Shown here: positions 34,417 through 46,649 of the stretch, piece by piece
Layout: every line of letters begins with the position of its first letter
Position numbering within the stretch: position 1 is the first letter of the stretch
Assembly: GCF_001194135.2 (NCBI RefSeq)
Contig: NC_068982.1
Coordinates: forward strand, 126,083,345 to 126,139,407
DNA from: Octopus bimaculoides
Taxonomy: Eukaryota
DNA: 56,063 nt
Reading direction: 5' to 3'
Notes under the pieces: generated by a model
What the model was told of the DNA's origin: nothing
The model's database searches: none
Seen by the model: only the letters and a program-made list of their open reading frames with translations
Program-made: the position numbers and the translations under genes

Positions 34417-34668
34417 ATGGCACCAAAGGGAAAAGAATTGTCTAAAGATTTGAAGAAAATTATTTTTAATTTGCACAAGAATGGTTTAGGATATGAGTTA
34501 ATTAGCAAACGAATACATGTTAGCATAAACACAGTTACCAAAGTAATTCAGAAATACAAAGCTACTGGACGGCTAAGCAATAAACTTCATCCAGGTTGTC
34601 CTTCTATTTTAACTGGGCATGATATTCACCACATCCAACATTGCATGATGGACGACAGGCATCATACC
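34417..34668 (+). mobile_element. Tc1-family transposase, N-terminal HTH fragment
   Basis: MAPKGKELSKDLKKIIFNLHKNGLGYELISKRIHVSINTVTKVIQKYKATGRLSNKLHPGCPSIL matches the Tc1 paired-like DNA-binding domain; truncated by a family A tail. Confidence 0.85.
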
Positions 34669-34676
34669 CAATATAT

Positions 34677-34770
34677 CATCATCATCATCGTTTAACGTCT
34701 GCTTTCCATGCTAGCATGAATCGTCCAACCCATGCTGGCATGGAAAGCGGACGTTAAACGATGATAATGA
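34677..34770. repeat. Inverted fusion of two family A tails (short hairpin)
   Basis: catcatcgtttaacgtctgctttccatgctagcatg / aatcgtccaacc / catgctggcatggaaagcggacgttaaacgatgat. Confidence 0.85.
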
Positions 34771-34774
34771 TATA

Positions 34775-35002
34775 TTGGGTTGTCCGGAAAGTTTGTGCCG
34801 ATTTATAGTAGCTTACCTTTCGACTTATTTGCCATGAAGCCACCTCAATTCTGGGAAGAGGGTATTTTCAAGTTAAAGGAAAGATGGAGACGCATTGTGC
34901 AACAGAATGGTTCATATTTGGCTGATTAAAAATGTAATGGCAAGTATTTATTGACCTTTTCCTTTCCTTTAAAAATCGGCACGATCTTTCCGGACAACCC
35001 AA
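34775..35002 (+). mobile_element. Mariner-derived MITE (internal deletion derivative)
   Basis: TA-flanked TIRs ttgggttgtccggaaag..gtgccgattt / aaatcggcacgatctttccggacaacccaa; internal KPPQFWEEGIFKLKERWRRIVQQNGSYLAD* is a mariner transposase C-terminus. Confidence 0.9.
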
Positions 35003-36534
35003 TATATACACACACGCACAAACACACATATACACACTCAGACATACACACACATATATATATACATATACATATATATATACACATATACATACGTGCA
35101 CATTTATGCACACATTCACACACACTCACATGCATATGTACCCACACAAGCACATGCATATATAGTTATAACTAATCTTTAAGCATGACAATTTCATATT
35201 TTTGTAATTAAATACTGAATTAAGATAGTTCTCACAGTAGATAGACATGGCTTCAAGTTGAGGAATAGCATTTAAGAAACACAAAGCAGGAAAGTAAATG
35301 AGAACTTATAATAAGGTAAAAGAAAGGATATAGAATTAACTGACATGTAACAATGCAGGAAAGGCCACAGTTAAAGCGAATTGTAATTATCTTATGAAAC
35401 AAGAAGATATTTTGGTGAAAACATCTTTATGCAACTCATTCAATCTGCTACTGAAAACTAATCACAAAATAAGAACGATAATGATGAAGAATTTGAAGCC
35501 TTCACTGACAAATGTTGATCATGTTGTGAAAAGCAGATGATGTGGGTGTTAAATAGAAGTCATCTGAGAGTAAGATAACAATAACATTGTGGAAGGAATT
35601 ATTCAGTTTCATTGAGATATACTCTTGTAAAGTGCTATAGTTATTTCCTTTTACAGGAAGAAATACAAACACCTTCACAAAACTGAAATTCCTTAAAGAT
35701 TTAAGATCACACTCTGACCAAATTCATTCAAAATAAAGAATGTTATTTTTATTATTTTTCATTTAATTCATTTTTCTACAGTTATTAAATTTTCCCAATA
35801 TTTACTTTTAAGTTTTAGAGAAACGTTATTTTATACTAAAAGTAGAAAAAAAACCTCATAGAATTTATAGTAAAAAATAACGCAGTGTAGTTTAGCCTAT
35901 TCGAAAGAAACTTAATGCAAAGACACAAACACACACACGCATGTACACATATACACACACACAAACACATACAATCACACACTCACATATACACACATAC
36001 AAACATGGTAACTCTCTCAAAATAAAATTTTCAAAAGAAAAGCAATGAGTGTCACACTCCTACACATTTCACCTTGGATGATATGAAGTCAATTTTCTAT
36101 ATTCTGAACTTGTTAGTATTTTTCAGTGATATTTTGCTTTTCAGAAAACTATCATCAGCTTTGATCTGGTTGTCAGATAATCATAGAGATTACCTGGAGC
36201 AGAGACAGACCAAAAGAAGATGCCGGCAAACAATCTCTGAAAATCAGGTCTTAAAGAAATAAAAATAATGCAAGATACAAATGTGTCAAGATATTCTGCT
36301 GTAAACACCTATTTGTAACAGCAAGAAATTTTAGTCTAATAATGATAATCATAGAATAAAAGGCACACCTGGAAATTTTATTTACACTAACAAGTCAAGC
36401 TCAGTCAATGGGATACGAAATCCCAAAAGATAATTTTAGTCCTTCTTTTTCATTTTAGTTAACACCAAGGAGTACAGACTGAATTATAAATGATAGTTAC
36501 AATTTTTTTTATCCTTAATGTACAATATTGATTT

Positions 36535-36670
36535 CAAGGTTATTGTACAAGGCCAGCAATTTTTGGGGAGGGGTTAAGTTGATTAAATCAACCCCAGTGC
36601 CCGACTGGTACTTATCTTATTGACCCCGAAAGGATGAGAGGCAATGTCAACCAAAGCAGCATTTAAACTC
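36535..36670 (-). mobile_element. SINE family C fragment
   Basis: caaccccagtgcccgactggtacttatcttattgaccccgaaaggatgagaggcaatgtcaacc. Confidence 0.75.
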
Positions 36671-36878
36671 AGATTAATGTACGATATTAATATTCTATTA
36701 GTAATGTCAATAATTGTCTGCTTTGCAAGGTTAGGTTTGGTTATATTCATGTACAGGAAATCATTTGCAATGCAACATGTGGAATATTATTTACATATAT
36801 TGTTTATAAATGTATACTGCTTATGAATGCAAGTTAATACAGCCTTATTATTTCCATCAAAATAATTATGCTATGTGG

Positions 36879-36961
<83 letters not shown>

Positions 36962-37559
36962 CACAAACACACACATGAGCACATTATTTTGACAAAGTAA
37001 AAGTTTGACAATGGCCTCAGAGTTTCGTCATTTATTGGCTCCATCAGTCTGAGGAAATGACCAACAAGCTTCAAAGATACTGCCATACTTTTACTTTAAA
37101 GATAAATATGATATTCTACTGTAATGTACAGAGTGTTTCTTCAATTAATGCTAGAACCTTTTTCTATCTAACTATATATAAAACAAAAAATAATGTGTGC
37201 GTAGATATATATATATATAACTTGGTTATTTTCCCTAAAACTATATATTTTATATATATATATATATATATATGACAAGTGACCAAGACCTTTGGAAATA
37301 TGCTATGTGTGAGAAAATTTTTGTCTTCCCATTCAGGGGTTAATACAATTTTTTTTTCCTGTCTGACCCCTTTCTTTCTCTCTCTTTTTCTGTTGATTGG
37401 TTTCAACCATCACCATCACCAGTACCACCACTATTGCCACCACAACTGCCATACACACACCATTCGGACTTCTGATGCCACCAATACCTTTGACTTTACT
37501 GTCTTCCCCTCCACCACCATCACCACTGTCTTTCACATTGCTTACTATCACCATCATCC

Positions 37560-37710
37560 TTGACCGCCTAGTTTCGCCTAGAACCTAGTTTGGAAATTTC
37601 TCCAAGACATCTGATGAAGGCTGGAGGGTATATCAGCTGAAACGTTGTGTTAACAATAAACAAGATGAGGACAAATATCCATCAAATGTAAATAATGTAA
37701 ATAATGTAAA
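37560..37710 (+). mobile_element. Penelope-like terminal fragment with hammerhead-ribozyme-like core
   Basis: ctgatga-a-ggctg-gagggtatat-cagct-gaaacg (core motifs plus stem II), followed by aatgtaaat repeats. Confidence 0.5.
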
Positions 37711-37974
37711 CGGCTAAGAGGTTTCACACAAGTAAAACCATAATAACACACAAGTAAAATAACCATAAAAAAAGAAAATGTAGAAAAAATGTGAGCCTCC
37801 AGAACTGATATCATGAAAGATTTATTTAATTAAATTTATTTGAAGTATTTATTTGAATATATTTCCTCTTTCATTTCACCATGGCTAAATCATCTTTTTT
37901 AAACAATTGAAACCAGTTGCATATTTTGATAAAAAAAAGTAAATACTTTCTTACTTCTATCCATGATAAAGTTC

Positions 37975-38016
<42 letters not shown>

Positions 38017-38349
38017 GGTTTGGAGGTGATGTACAGGTATTATATATTAGAAAAAATAATAAGGTACTCAGAGATCTTTACTTTTTTTACATTACTTTTT
38101 TTTACATTACTTTTTTCTCCCCCCTCTCTCTCTCTCTCTCCACTCCTACACACTCAATAATACTATAAAAAGGGACAAATCCCTTCCAAAAAATTTAAAT
38201 CTGAAGAATCTATTAGAGTAGTTGCGAGCGCTAATATATGATTTATAAAAACACGTGACATATTAATAAAAATCTGTAAATGTACAACCATCCAGATCTC
38301 TAAGTACCTTATTATTTTGTCTAATATATATATATATATGTATAGTAAT

Positions 38350-38544
38350 AGTGATCCTTTCTATAATAAGCACAAGGCTTGACATTTGGGAAAGGAGGAT
38401 AGTTGATTACATTGACCCGAGTACCCAACTGGTGCTTAATTTATTGACTCTGAAAGGATGAAAGGTAAAGTCAACCTCAGCAGAATTTGAACTCAGAATG
38501 TAGCAATGGGCAAAATGCCGTTGAGCATTTCATCTAGTATGCAT

Positions 38545-38545
<1 letters not shown>
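38350..38545 (-). mobile_element. SINE family C, tail type B
   Basis: cctttctataataagcacaaggc...gaaaggatgaaaggtaaagtcaacctc...tttgaactcagaa. Confidence 0.75.
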
Positions 38546-38690
<145 letters not shown>

Positions 38691-38984
38691 AATCCTTGGA
38701 TAGAATTTATAAACATTTAATGCATTGCTACATGCATTCCTATAAATTACATGTTTCTTAAGATCGCAGTCAGTATTCCTGGGATGATTACAGCATAGTC
38801 CATAGTATCCATGGACATCAAGTATATCATCTTCATGGACTCATTTCTTCAGGTAATATAACATGCAACCTCAAAAACCTGACTCACTCAATCAACATCA
38901 TTGGACTCTAGTCAGCATAATGGAATAGGAGCTTTATTTGCTTATTCAAAGTATTTCCATAAAACAAATTTAAAATATATATTT

Positions 38985-39119
38985 AGGCACAGGTGGGGCT
39001 GTGTGGTAAGCAGCTTGCTTACCAACTACATGGTTCCGGGTTCAGTCCCTCTGTGCGGCACCTTGGGCAAGTGTCTTCTACTATAGCCTCGGTAAATGGA
39101 AACTGAAAGAAGCCCGTCG

Positions 39120-39120
<1 letters not shown>
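38985..39120 (+). mobile_element. SINE family B, young, with internal deletion
   Basis: ggctgtgtggtaagcagcttgc...ggttccgggttcagtccc...ggcaccttgggcaagtgtcttctactatagcctcgg|taaatggaaactgaaagaagcccgtcg, then (TA)n. Confidence 0.85.
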
Positions 39121-39181
<61 letters not shown>

Positions 39182-39299
39182 CTTGGAAAGGGATGCGTGG
39201 CGTTCGATCATATAATGATATAAAAAATATATATATATGCATATATACACACATACATGTACATGCCTACATATATACGTATATATACATGCATATATG

Positions 39300-39600
39300 G
39301 GTACAGGGTGTCAAAAAACGTGAACAAAATGAGAAATGAGAACATAAAAATCAGAAGCATGGAAAATGAACTTTTTTTCAACACTGAAAGAAACAAATAG
39401 AGATACAAGACAGGTAACATAAAGAACATTCCCTTCATCAGTTGCCCCTTGTTTTATCTACTCCACGTTTCGAAGGTAGGGACAAGATGCGACTTTGTTA
39501 AAACAGTCCTTCCTGCAAAGCAAATTATATAAAATTTGGGATTTTTTTGCGGAGGGTTAAAGTGGTAACAAAAACAGGACAATAAAAAAAAAAAGTTCAT
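39300..39600 (-). mobile_element. Penelope-like terminal-repeat fragment
   Basis: Minus strand carries ccttcgaaacgtgg and actgatgaaggg within about 45 bp, in a CpG-containing interspersed-repeat-like segment. Confidence 0.35.
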
Positions 39601-39608
39601 TTTCCATG

Positions 39609-39643
<35 letters not shown>

Positions 39644-41132
39644 AGAAAATAAAGGAAGTCTTGAATGTAGAATAGCTGTGAAAACAACTCAGAAAAACGA
39701 CCAGCAAGCCATTACACAGAATTGAACCCTGAACTCAAATAGTCTGAATTAGAGAGGTTCAGGTTTCAATTCTCTGCAGCAGCTAACCAGCCANNNNNNN
39801 NNNNNNNNNNNNNNNNNNNNNNNNNNNNNNNNNNNNNNNNNNNNNNNNNNNNNNNNNNNNNNNNNNNNNNNNNNNNNNNNNNNNNNNNNNNNNNNNNNNN
39901 NNNNNNNNNNNNNNNNNNNNNNNNNNNNNNNNNNNNNNNNNNNNNNNNNNNNNNNNNNNNNNNNNNNNNNNNNNNNNNNNNNNNNNNNNNNNNNNNNNNN
40001 NNNNNNNNNNNNNNNNNNNNNNNNNNNNNNNNNNNNNNNNNNNNNNNNNNNNNNNNNNNNNNNNNNNNNNNNNNNNNNNNNNNNNNNNNNNNNNNNNNNN
40101 NNNNNNNNNNNNNNNNNNNNNNNNNNNNNNNNNNNNNNNNNNNNNNNNNNNNNNNNNNNNNNNNNNNNNNNNNNNNNNNNNNNNNNNNNNNNNNNNNNNN
40201 NNNNNNNNNNNNNNNNNNNNNNNNNNNNNNNNNNNNNNNNNNNNNNNNNNNNNNNNNNNNNNNNNNNNNNNNNNNNNNNNNNNNNNNNNNNNNNNNNNNN
40301 NNNNNNNNNNNNNNNNNNNNNNNNNNNNNNNNNNNNNNNNNNNNNNNNNNNNNNNNNNNNNNNNNNNNNNNNNNNNNNNNNNNNNNNNNNNNNNNNNNNN
40401 NNNNNNNNNNNNNNNNNNNNNNNNNNNNNNNNNNNNNNNNNNNNNNNNNNNNNNNNNNNNNNNNNNNNNNNNNNNNNNNNNNNNNNNNNNNNNNNNNNNN
40501 NNNNNNNNNNNNNNNNNNNNNNNNNNNNNNNNNNNNNNNNNNNNNNNNNNNNNNNNNNNNNNNNNNNNNNNNNNNNNNNNNNNNNNNNNNNNNNNNNNNN
40601 NNNNNNNNNNNNNNNNNNNNNNNNNNNNNNNNNNNNNNNNNNNNNNNNNNNNNNNNNNNNNNNNNNNNNNNNNNNNNNNNNNNNNNNNNNNNNNNNNNNN
40701 NNNNNNNNNNNNNNNNNNNNNNNNNNNNNNNNNNNNNNNNNNNNNNNNNNNNNNNNNNNNNNNNNNNNNNNNNATACACTGACACTAAATAAAATTTAAA
40801 AAAAAATATTCCTTATGATCTATGGAAATAGAGAAGCAAAGTTGCAGCCTGTCAGCTATTGTTCTTAAAAATTCTTGTGTGTGTGTGTGTATAAGTATTA
40901 ACAAAGGGAATGAAGTGAGCAATACATTTCATTGCATAGTACTACAATTGTTTCATCAACATTTTACCAGAAGATCATTACTGAAATATTATTATATAAT
41001 ATATGAAATAATACATCATATCAATATTATTCCAGCAATACATTTACATTTACCTTACTTTTACTCCTAGTTCTGTACATAGTATTCTTATTCCTACTTC
41101 TCTAAGAAGATTTAAAGTATTTTTTTCTGTAG

Positions 41133-41257
41133 TGTTTATAATGCCACCTCCAGAAGCTTGGCACAGGGGATTTGAAACAGTCATCGAATGATACCATATG
41201 GGAGTATACTCAATGATTAGGGAGTTCATGAAAGAGGATCTTCACACAGACCAAGAG
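41133..41257 (+). other. Well-bounded candidate exon with one in-frame TGA
   Basis: Acceptor atttttttctgtag/, donor GAG/gtatag; frame VFIMPPPEAWHRGFETVIE*YHMGVYSMIREFMKEDLHTDQE (TGA at 41189-41191). Confidence 0.3.
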
Positions 41258-41467
41258 GTATAGCACTTAATTTCAGGGATTAATTCGAGGAAAAAGAAGA
41301 AAGAACAAATTCAAAGAGAAAGTAGATTTCTAACAATTTTAGGCAGACAGGGAGCTATCTTTAAATGAATATATCAGAGGAATTGCTCACAATTGACATT
41401 TTGGTTAATGCAATAGGCATCATAATGAAGATCAAGTTAATGACTTTTAAAAATAATTAAGCTATTT

Positions 41468-42111
41468 TATAGGGGTCAGCATGAGTTGCTTCACCAACAT
41501 ACTGAACATTTAGAAATAGCAGTCAAAGAACTACTGATTCTAAACTACAAATTTTTCTCTAACGGATGGCAATATTTATGGCACACATAGAACAAAAACA
41601 GAAGAGAAAACAAAAAACAAACCTGTCTTTAGTTAATCATGTACAACGTTTCATGGTTAAGAATATAAAGCTACTCTTTTCCAATCCTCAGCATGATGTA
41701 CGATAAATCTGAAAATGTCTGTATACTCATGGGTATTTGACCAAGCGACATCAAAATCACATGAGGAAAGGCATTTACAAAATTTTACTAGCCGATAAAT
41801 TTTGTAAATGCCTTTCCTCATGTGATTTTGATGTTGCTTGGTCAAATACCCATGAGTATACAGACATTTTCAGATTTATCGTACATCATGCTAAGGATTG
41901 GAAAAGAGTAGCTTTATATTCTTAGCCATGAAACGTACATGATTAACTAAAGGCAGGTTTGTTTTTTGTTTTCTCTTCTGTTTTTGTTCTATGTGTGCCA
42001 TAAATATCGCCATCCGTTAGAGAAAAATTTGTAGTTTAGAATCAGTAGTTCTTTGACTGCTATTTCTAAATTTTCAGTATGTTGGTGAAGCAACTCATGC
42101 TGACCCCTATA
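41468..42111. mobile_element. Foldback element / palindromic MITE
   Basis: Arms of about 315 bp (tataggggtcagcatgag... / ...ctcatgctgacccctata) with about six substitutions and one 3-bp indel; 11-nt loop at 41786-41796; TA at both ends. Confidence 0.9.
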
Positions 42112-42119
42112 TATTTATG

Positions 42120-42183
<64 letters not shown>

Positions 42184-42190
42184 CATACAT

Positions 42191-42424
42191 TTGAGCATGG
42201 CCATTGCCAGTACCGCGGGACTGGCCATCGTGCCGGTGGCACATAGAAAGCACCCACTACACTCCCGGAGTGGTTGGCGTTAGGAAGAGCATCCAGCTGC
42301 AGAAACTCTGCCAGATCAGATTGGAGTATGGTGTAGCCATCCAGTTTGCTAATCCCCAGTCAAATCGTCCAACCCATGCTAGCATGGAAAGCGGATGTTA
42401 AATGATGATGGTGATGATGATGAT
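42191..42424 (+). mobile_element. RTE 3' UTR fragment (family A)
   Basis: Core plus (GAT)n tail. Confidence 0.85.
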
Positions 42425-42585
42425 GGGCTCCTCTCAGTTTCCACCTACCAAATCCACTCACAAGGTTTTGGTCAGCCTGAAGCTATAGTTGAAGACACTT
42501 GCCCAGGGTGCCACACAGTGGGAGAGAACCCAAAACCATGTAGTTTGGAAGTAAGCTTCTTACTACACAACTACACCTGTGCTTA
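42425..42585 (-). mobile_element. SINE family B
   Basis: gggctcctctcagtttccacctaccaaatccactcacaagg...gacacttgcccagggtgccac. Confidence 0.8.
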
Positions 42586-42928
42586 TCATGATAATTATTA
42601 TTTATCACATGCCTCTTTGTTTTTATTATTGTTGTTGTTTATTTTTATTTAAATATTTATTTCATTTTTTTTTTTTGGTCTTTACTAAAAATAAGTAATA
42701 TTTGTGAATTGACATGCAATATAAGAAAGAAGAATCTCTATTGATGAAAAATACTTACCTGAATCCTTTTCTTTGGGATTTGAGGGATCAGGATATTAGG
42801 AAAGTGAAATCACTAGAGGTGATTGTTTGGAGTTGGTGAGATATTGTCAGAGGTTTGAAAGAAAGAAAACCAGAATTAATAGACACTTGCTGGTCTCCCA
42901 AGTTGATTGGTGTACATGCATGCATGTG

Positions 42929-43004
<76 letters not shown>

Positions 43005-43930
43005 AGAGATGGAGTAAAAGAGGGAATATAACTATATGTATTTAAGCTTATGTCTTTAAATATATGTATGTGTGTATATATGCGTATATATATANNNNNN
43101 NNNNNNNNNNNNNNNNNNNNNNNNNNNNNNNNNNNNNNNNNNNNNNNNNNNNNNNNNNNNNNNNNNNNNNNNNNNNNNNNNNNNNNNNNNNNNNNNNNNN
43201 NNNNNNNNNNNNNNNNNNNNNNNNNNNNNNNNNNNNNNNNNNNNNNNNNNNNNNNNNNNNNNNNNNNNNNNNNNNNNNNNNNNNNNNNNNNNNNNNNNNN
43301 NNNNNNNNNNNNNNNNNNNNNNNNNNNNNNNNNNNNNNNNNNNNNNNNNNNNNNNNNNNNNNNNNNNNNNNNNNNNNNNNNNNNNNNNNNNNNNNNNNNN
43401 NNNNNNNNNNNNNNNNNNNNNNNNNNNNNNNNNNNNNNNNNNNNNNNNNNNNNNNNNNNNNNNNNNNNNNNNNNNNNNNNNNNNNNNNNNNNNNNNNNNN
43501 NNNNNNNNNNNNNNNNNNNNNNNNNNNNNNNNNNNNNNNNNNNNNNNNNNNNNNNNNNNNNNNNNNNNNNNNNNNNNNNNNNNNNNNNNNNNNNNNNNNN
43601 NNNNNNNNNNNNNNNNNNNNNNNNNNNNNNNNNNNNNNNNNNNNNNNNNNNNNNNNNNNNNNNNNNNNNNNNNNNNNNNNNNNNNNNNNNNNNNNNNNNN
43701 NNNNNNNNNNNNNNNNNNNNNNNNNNNNNNNNNNNNNNNNNNNNNNNNNNNNNNNNNNNNNNNNNNNNNNNNNNNNNNNNNNNNNNNNNNNNNNNNNNNN
43801 NNNNNNNNNNNNNNNNNNNNNNNNNNNNNNNNNNNNNNNNNNNNNNNNNNNNNNNNNNNNNNNNNNNNNNNNNNNNNNNNNNNNNNNNNNNNNNNNNNNN
43901 NNNNNNNNNNNNNNNNNNNNNNNNNNNNNN

Positions 43931-44330
43931 ACCGCCACCACCACCACCAACAACAACAACATCATCATCATCATCATCATCATCATTGTTGTTGTCATTA
44001 ATAAAAGTGATGATGATGAGAATAACAATGACAATAATGACTAAGTTGATGATGACGATGATAATGATGATGATGATGATGATGATGACGATGACGATGA
44101 TGACGATGATGATGATGATGAGGAGGAGGAGGAGGAGATGGTGATGGAAGTGGGAGAGAATGACAAGGAAGAAGTGGATGCTGAGGATGAAGATGAGGAT
44201 GAGGAAGAGGAAGATGAGGTTATCAACAGTGATGGCTATGATGATGAGGCAACAATGATGACAACAACAATGATGATGATGATAATGATGATGATGATGA
44301 TGACAATGACGACATTGATGATAATGTGAC
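43931..44330. repeat. Compound triplet microsatellite / low-complexity block
   Basis: (CAC)(CAA)(CAT)(GAT)(GAG) runs. Confidence 0.9.
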
Positions 44331-44864
44331 AGAAACATATCACTTTACCATCCTTTATTAAGATGCCTGTAAAAACTGTGGTATGGCAGAAATGCTGTGA
44401 ATTCCAACCATTCTACAGTTGACTTTGTCTTTCCACCTTCCAATACTTACATGTTCAGGGAGCAACTCAACTAAAGATATTGATCCCATAGAAATGCATT
44501 GCTTTATGGAAATATGAGAAATTATTATTTGTTTTAATGGTAAACCTATTGGTATTCTGAATGATTGTACTGGACAAGAGCTCCTGAACTTCATTTCTGT
44601 TCCTCACACTTTCAAAAGATGTATTTGATATAAGAACACAAATAATGTGTCATATAGCCAGCTGGAGATGCTGTTTCCTAGGGCTAAATAGCCATAACAT
44701 TCATCCTAATGAGGACTTCCACGTTATGTTGGCAAATAATTTTTACTCTATTGATTTCTCCTGCCCTAAAATAAATATAATTATGTCCATGTTTAAGACT
44801 ATCTCAAGTTCTATGATACAAAATGTTTCACTTTAAAATGTTCATATTTATATTGATTTCAAAT

Positions 44865-45065
44865 TTTGGCACACGGCCAGTAATTTCAGGGTAGAGGTTA
44901 AGTTGATTACATCAACCCCAGTGCTCAAATGGTGCTCATTTTATCAACCCTGAAAGGATGAAAGGTAACGTCAACCCTGGCAGCATTTGAACTCAGAACA
45001 TAAACGCAGACAAAATGCTGCTAAGCATTTTGTCTGGCATGCTAACGACTCTGCTAGCTCACCTC
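44865..45065 (-). mobile_element. SINE family C
   Basis: tcaaccctgaaaggatgaaaggtaacgtcaacc...gctaacgactctgctagctcacc. Confidence 0.8.
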
Positions 45066-45084
45066 CTTCATAATAATAATAATG

Positions 45085-45139
<55 letters not shown>

Positions 45140-45141
<2 letters not shown>

Positions 45142-45669
45142 GGGTCACAGAAACGGTCACAGAAAACGAGAAAGCAACCATACTCTGGGATATGCCAATA
45201 CACACAGATAGAGAAATTAAGGCCAATAGACCAGATATAGTTGTCAAAGATCATGAAGGGAAAAAATGCTTTCTAATTGATGTATCAATACCAGCAGATG
45301 ACAATGTTTCCCTAAAAGAAATGGAGAAACTTTCAAAATTCAAAGACCTGGAAATAGAGGTAACTTGAATGTGGAATCTAAAAACAGANNNNNNNNNNNN
45401 NNNNNNNNNNNNNNNNNNNNNNNNNNNNNNNNNNNNNNNNNNNNNNNNNNNNNNNNNNNNNNNNNNNNNNNNNNNNNNNNNNNNNNNNNNNNNNNNTACA
45501 AATATATATAACATACAGAAAATTGCACTACTAGGCACTGCACACATCCTACGCAAAACACTTTCAATACAGTAACCATAAGAGCATCACAGCAAACCAC
45601 AGCACATACCCAAGGCACACAGAGCTGCACTCGGAAGTGAAGTGAAAGCACGTTATAAAAATAAAACTA

Positions 45670-45672
<3 letters not shown>
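45140..45672 (+). mobile_element. Dong/R4-like RLE retrotransposon, 5'-truncated, inside (AAT)n
   Basis: ILWDMPIHTDREIKANRPDIVVKDHEGKKCFLIDVSIP (PD..D.. RLE motif) ... IQKIALLGTAHILRKTLSIQ*, then a 3' UTR; (AAT)n at 45070-45139 and 45673-45741. Confidence 0.9.
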
Positions 45673-45741
<69 letters not shown>

Positions 45742-45958
45742 CCTTTCTACTATGGACATAAGGCCTAAAATTTGGAGGAGGGGGTTTAGTCAATTACATT
45801 GACCCCCAGTACTCAGCTGGTACACATCTTATCAACCCTCCCTGAAAGGATGAAAGACAAAGTCAACCCTAGCAGTATTTGAACTCAGAACATAAAGATG
45901 GATGAAATGCTGCTCAGCATTTTGCCTGGCATGCTAATAATTCAGCCAGCTTGCTGCC
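45742..45958 (-). mobile_element. SINE family C, tail type B; its (ATT)n tail is the adjacent (AAT)n tract
   Basis: (aat)n-cctttctactatggacataaggcc...gaaaggatgaaagacaaagtcaacc...gctaataattcagccagc. Confidence 0.8.
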
Positions 45959-46649
45959 TAAGTGTTGATATTTATATTACAGCCTTCCATCATAATTTTA
46001 TATATGAGTCTTTGTTAAGCTACATTCCAAATGCTCAAAAGACTTACACTCAGTCCTTCCTTCACAAAATCTAATCCTACTGGAATTCCCTCTATGTCTT
46101 GTTTGCTGTTGTGGGAATATTAATGCTATCACTCATGCTGATCCAGGAGGGCTTTTAAAGACCTAAGTCAGTACTGCTTTCTCCAGACCCAGTAGGTAAA
46201 TGTGAAAAAAAANNNNNNNNNNNNNNNNNNNNNNNNNNNNNNNNNNNNNNNNNNNNNNNNNNNNNNNNNNNNNNNNNNNNNNNNNNNNNNNNNNNNNNNN
46301 NNNNNNNNNNNNNNNNNNNNNNNNNNNNNNNNNNNNNNNNNNNNNNNNNNNNNNNNNNNNNNNNNNNNNNNNNNNNNNNNNNNNNNNNNNNNNNNNNNNN
46401 NNNNNNNNNNNNNNNNNNNNNNNNNNNNNNNNNNNNNNNNNNNNNNNNNNNNNNNNNNNNNNNNNNNNNNNNNNNNNNNNNNNNNNNNNNNNNNNNNNNN
46501 NNNNNNNNNNNNNNNNNNNNNNNNNNNNNNNNNNNNNNNNNNNNNNNNNNNNNNNNNNNNNNNNNNNNNNNNNNNNNNNNNNNNNNNNNNNNNNNNNNNN
46601 NNNNNNNNNNNNNNNNNNNNNNNNNNNNNNNNNNNNNNNNNNNNNNNNN

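Noticed and set aside
36127-36247. Plus-strand candidate exon ending KRRCRQTISENQ, like a homeodomain N-terminal arm
   Set aside because: No downstream exon with helix 1-3 or WFQN motifs was found; a competing minus-strand exon reading exists; unresolved.
41657-41925. Twin 62-aa ORFs on opposite strands
   Set aside because: A consequence of the palindrome; no coding features.
44358-44836. Possible minus-strand exons near 44451-44500 and 44768
   Set aside because: Frames close early or are too short to distinguish from chance.
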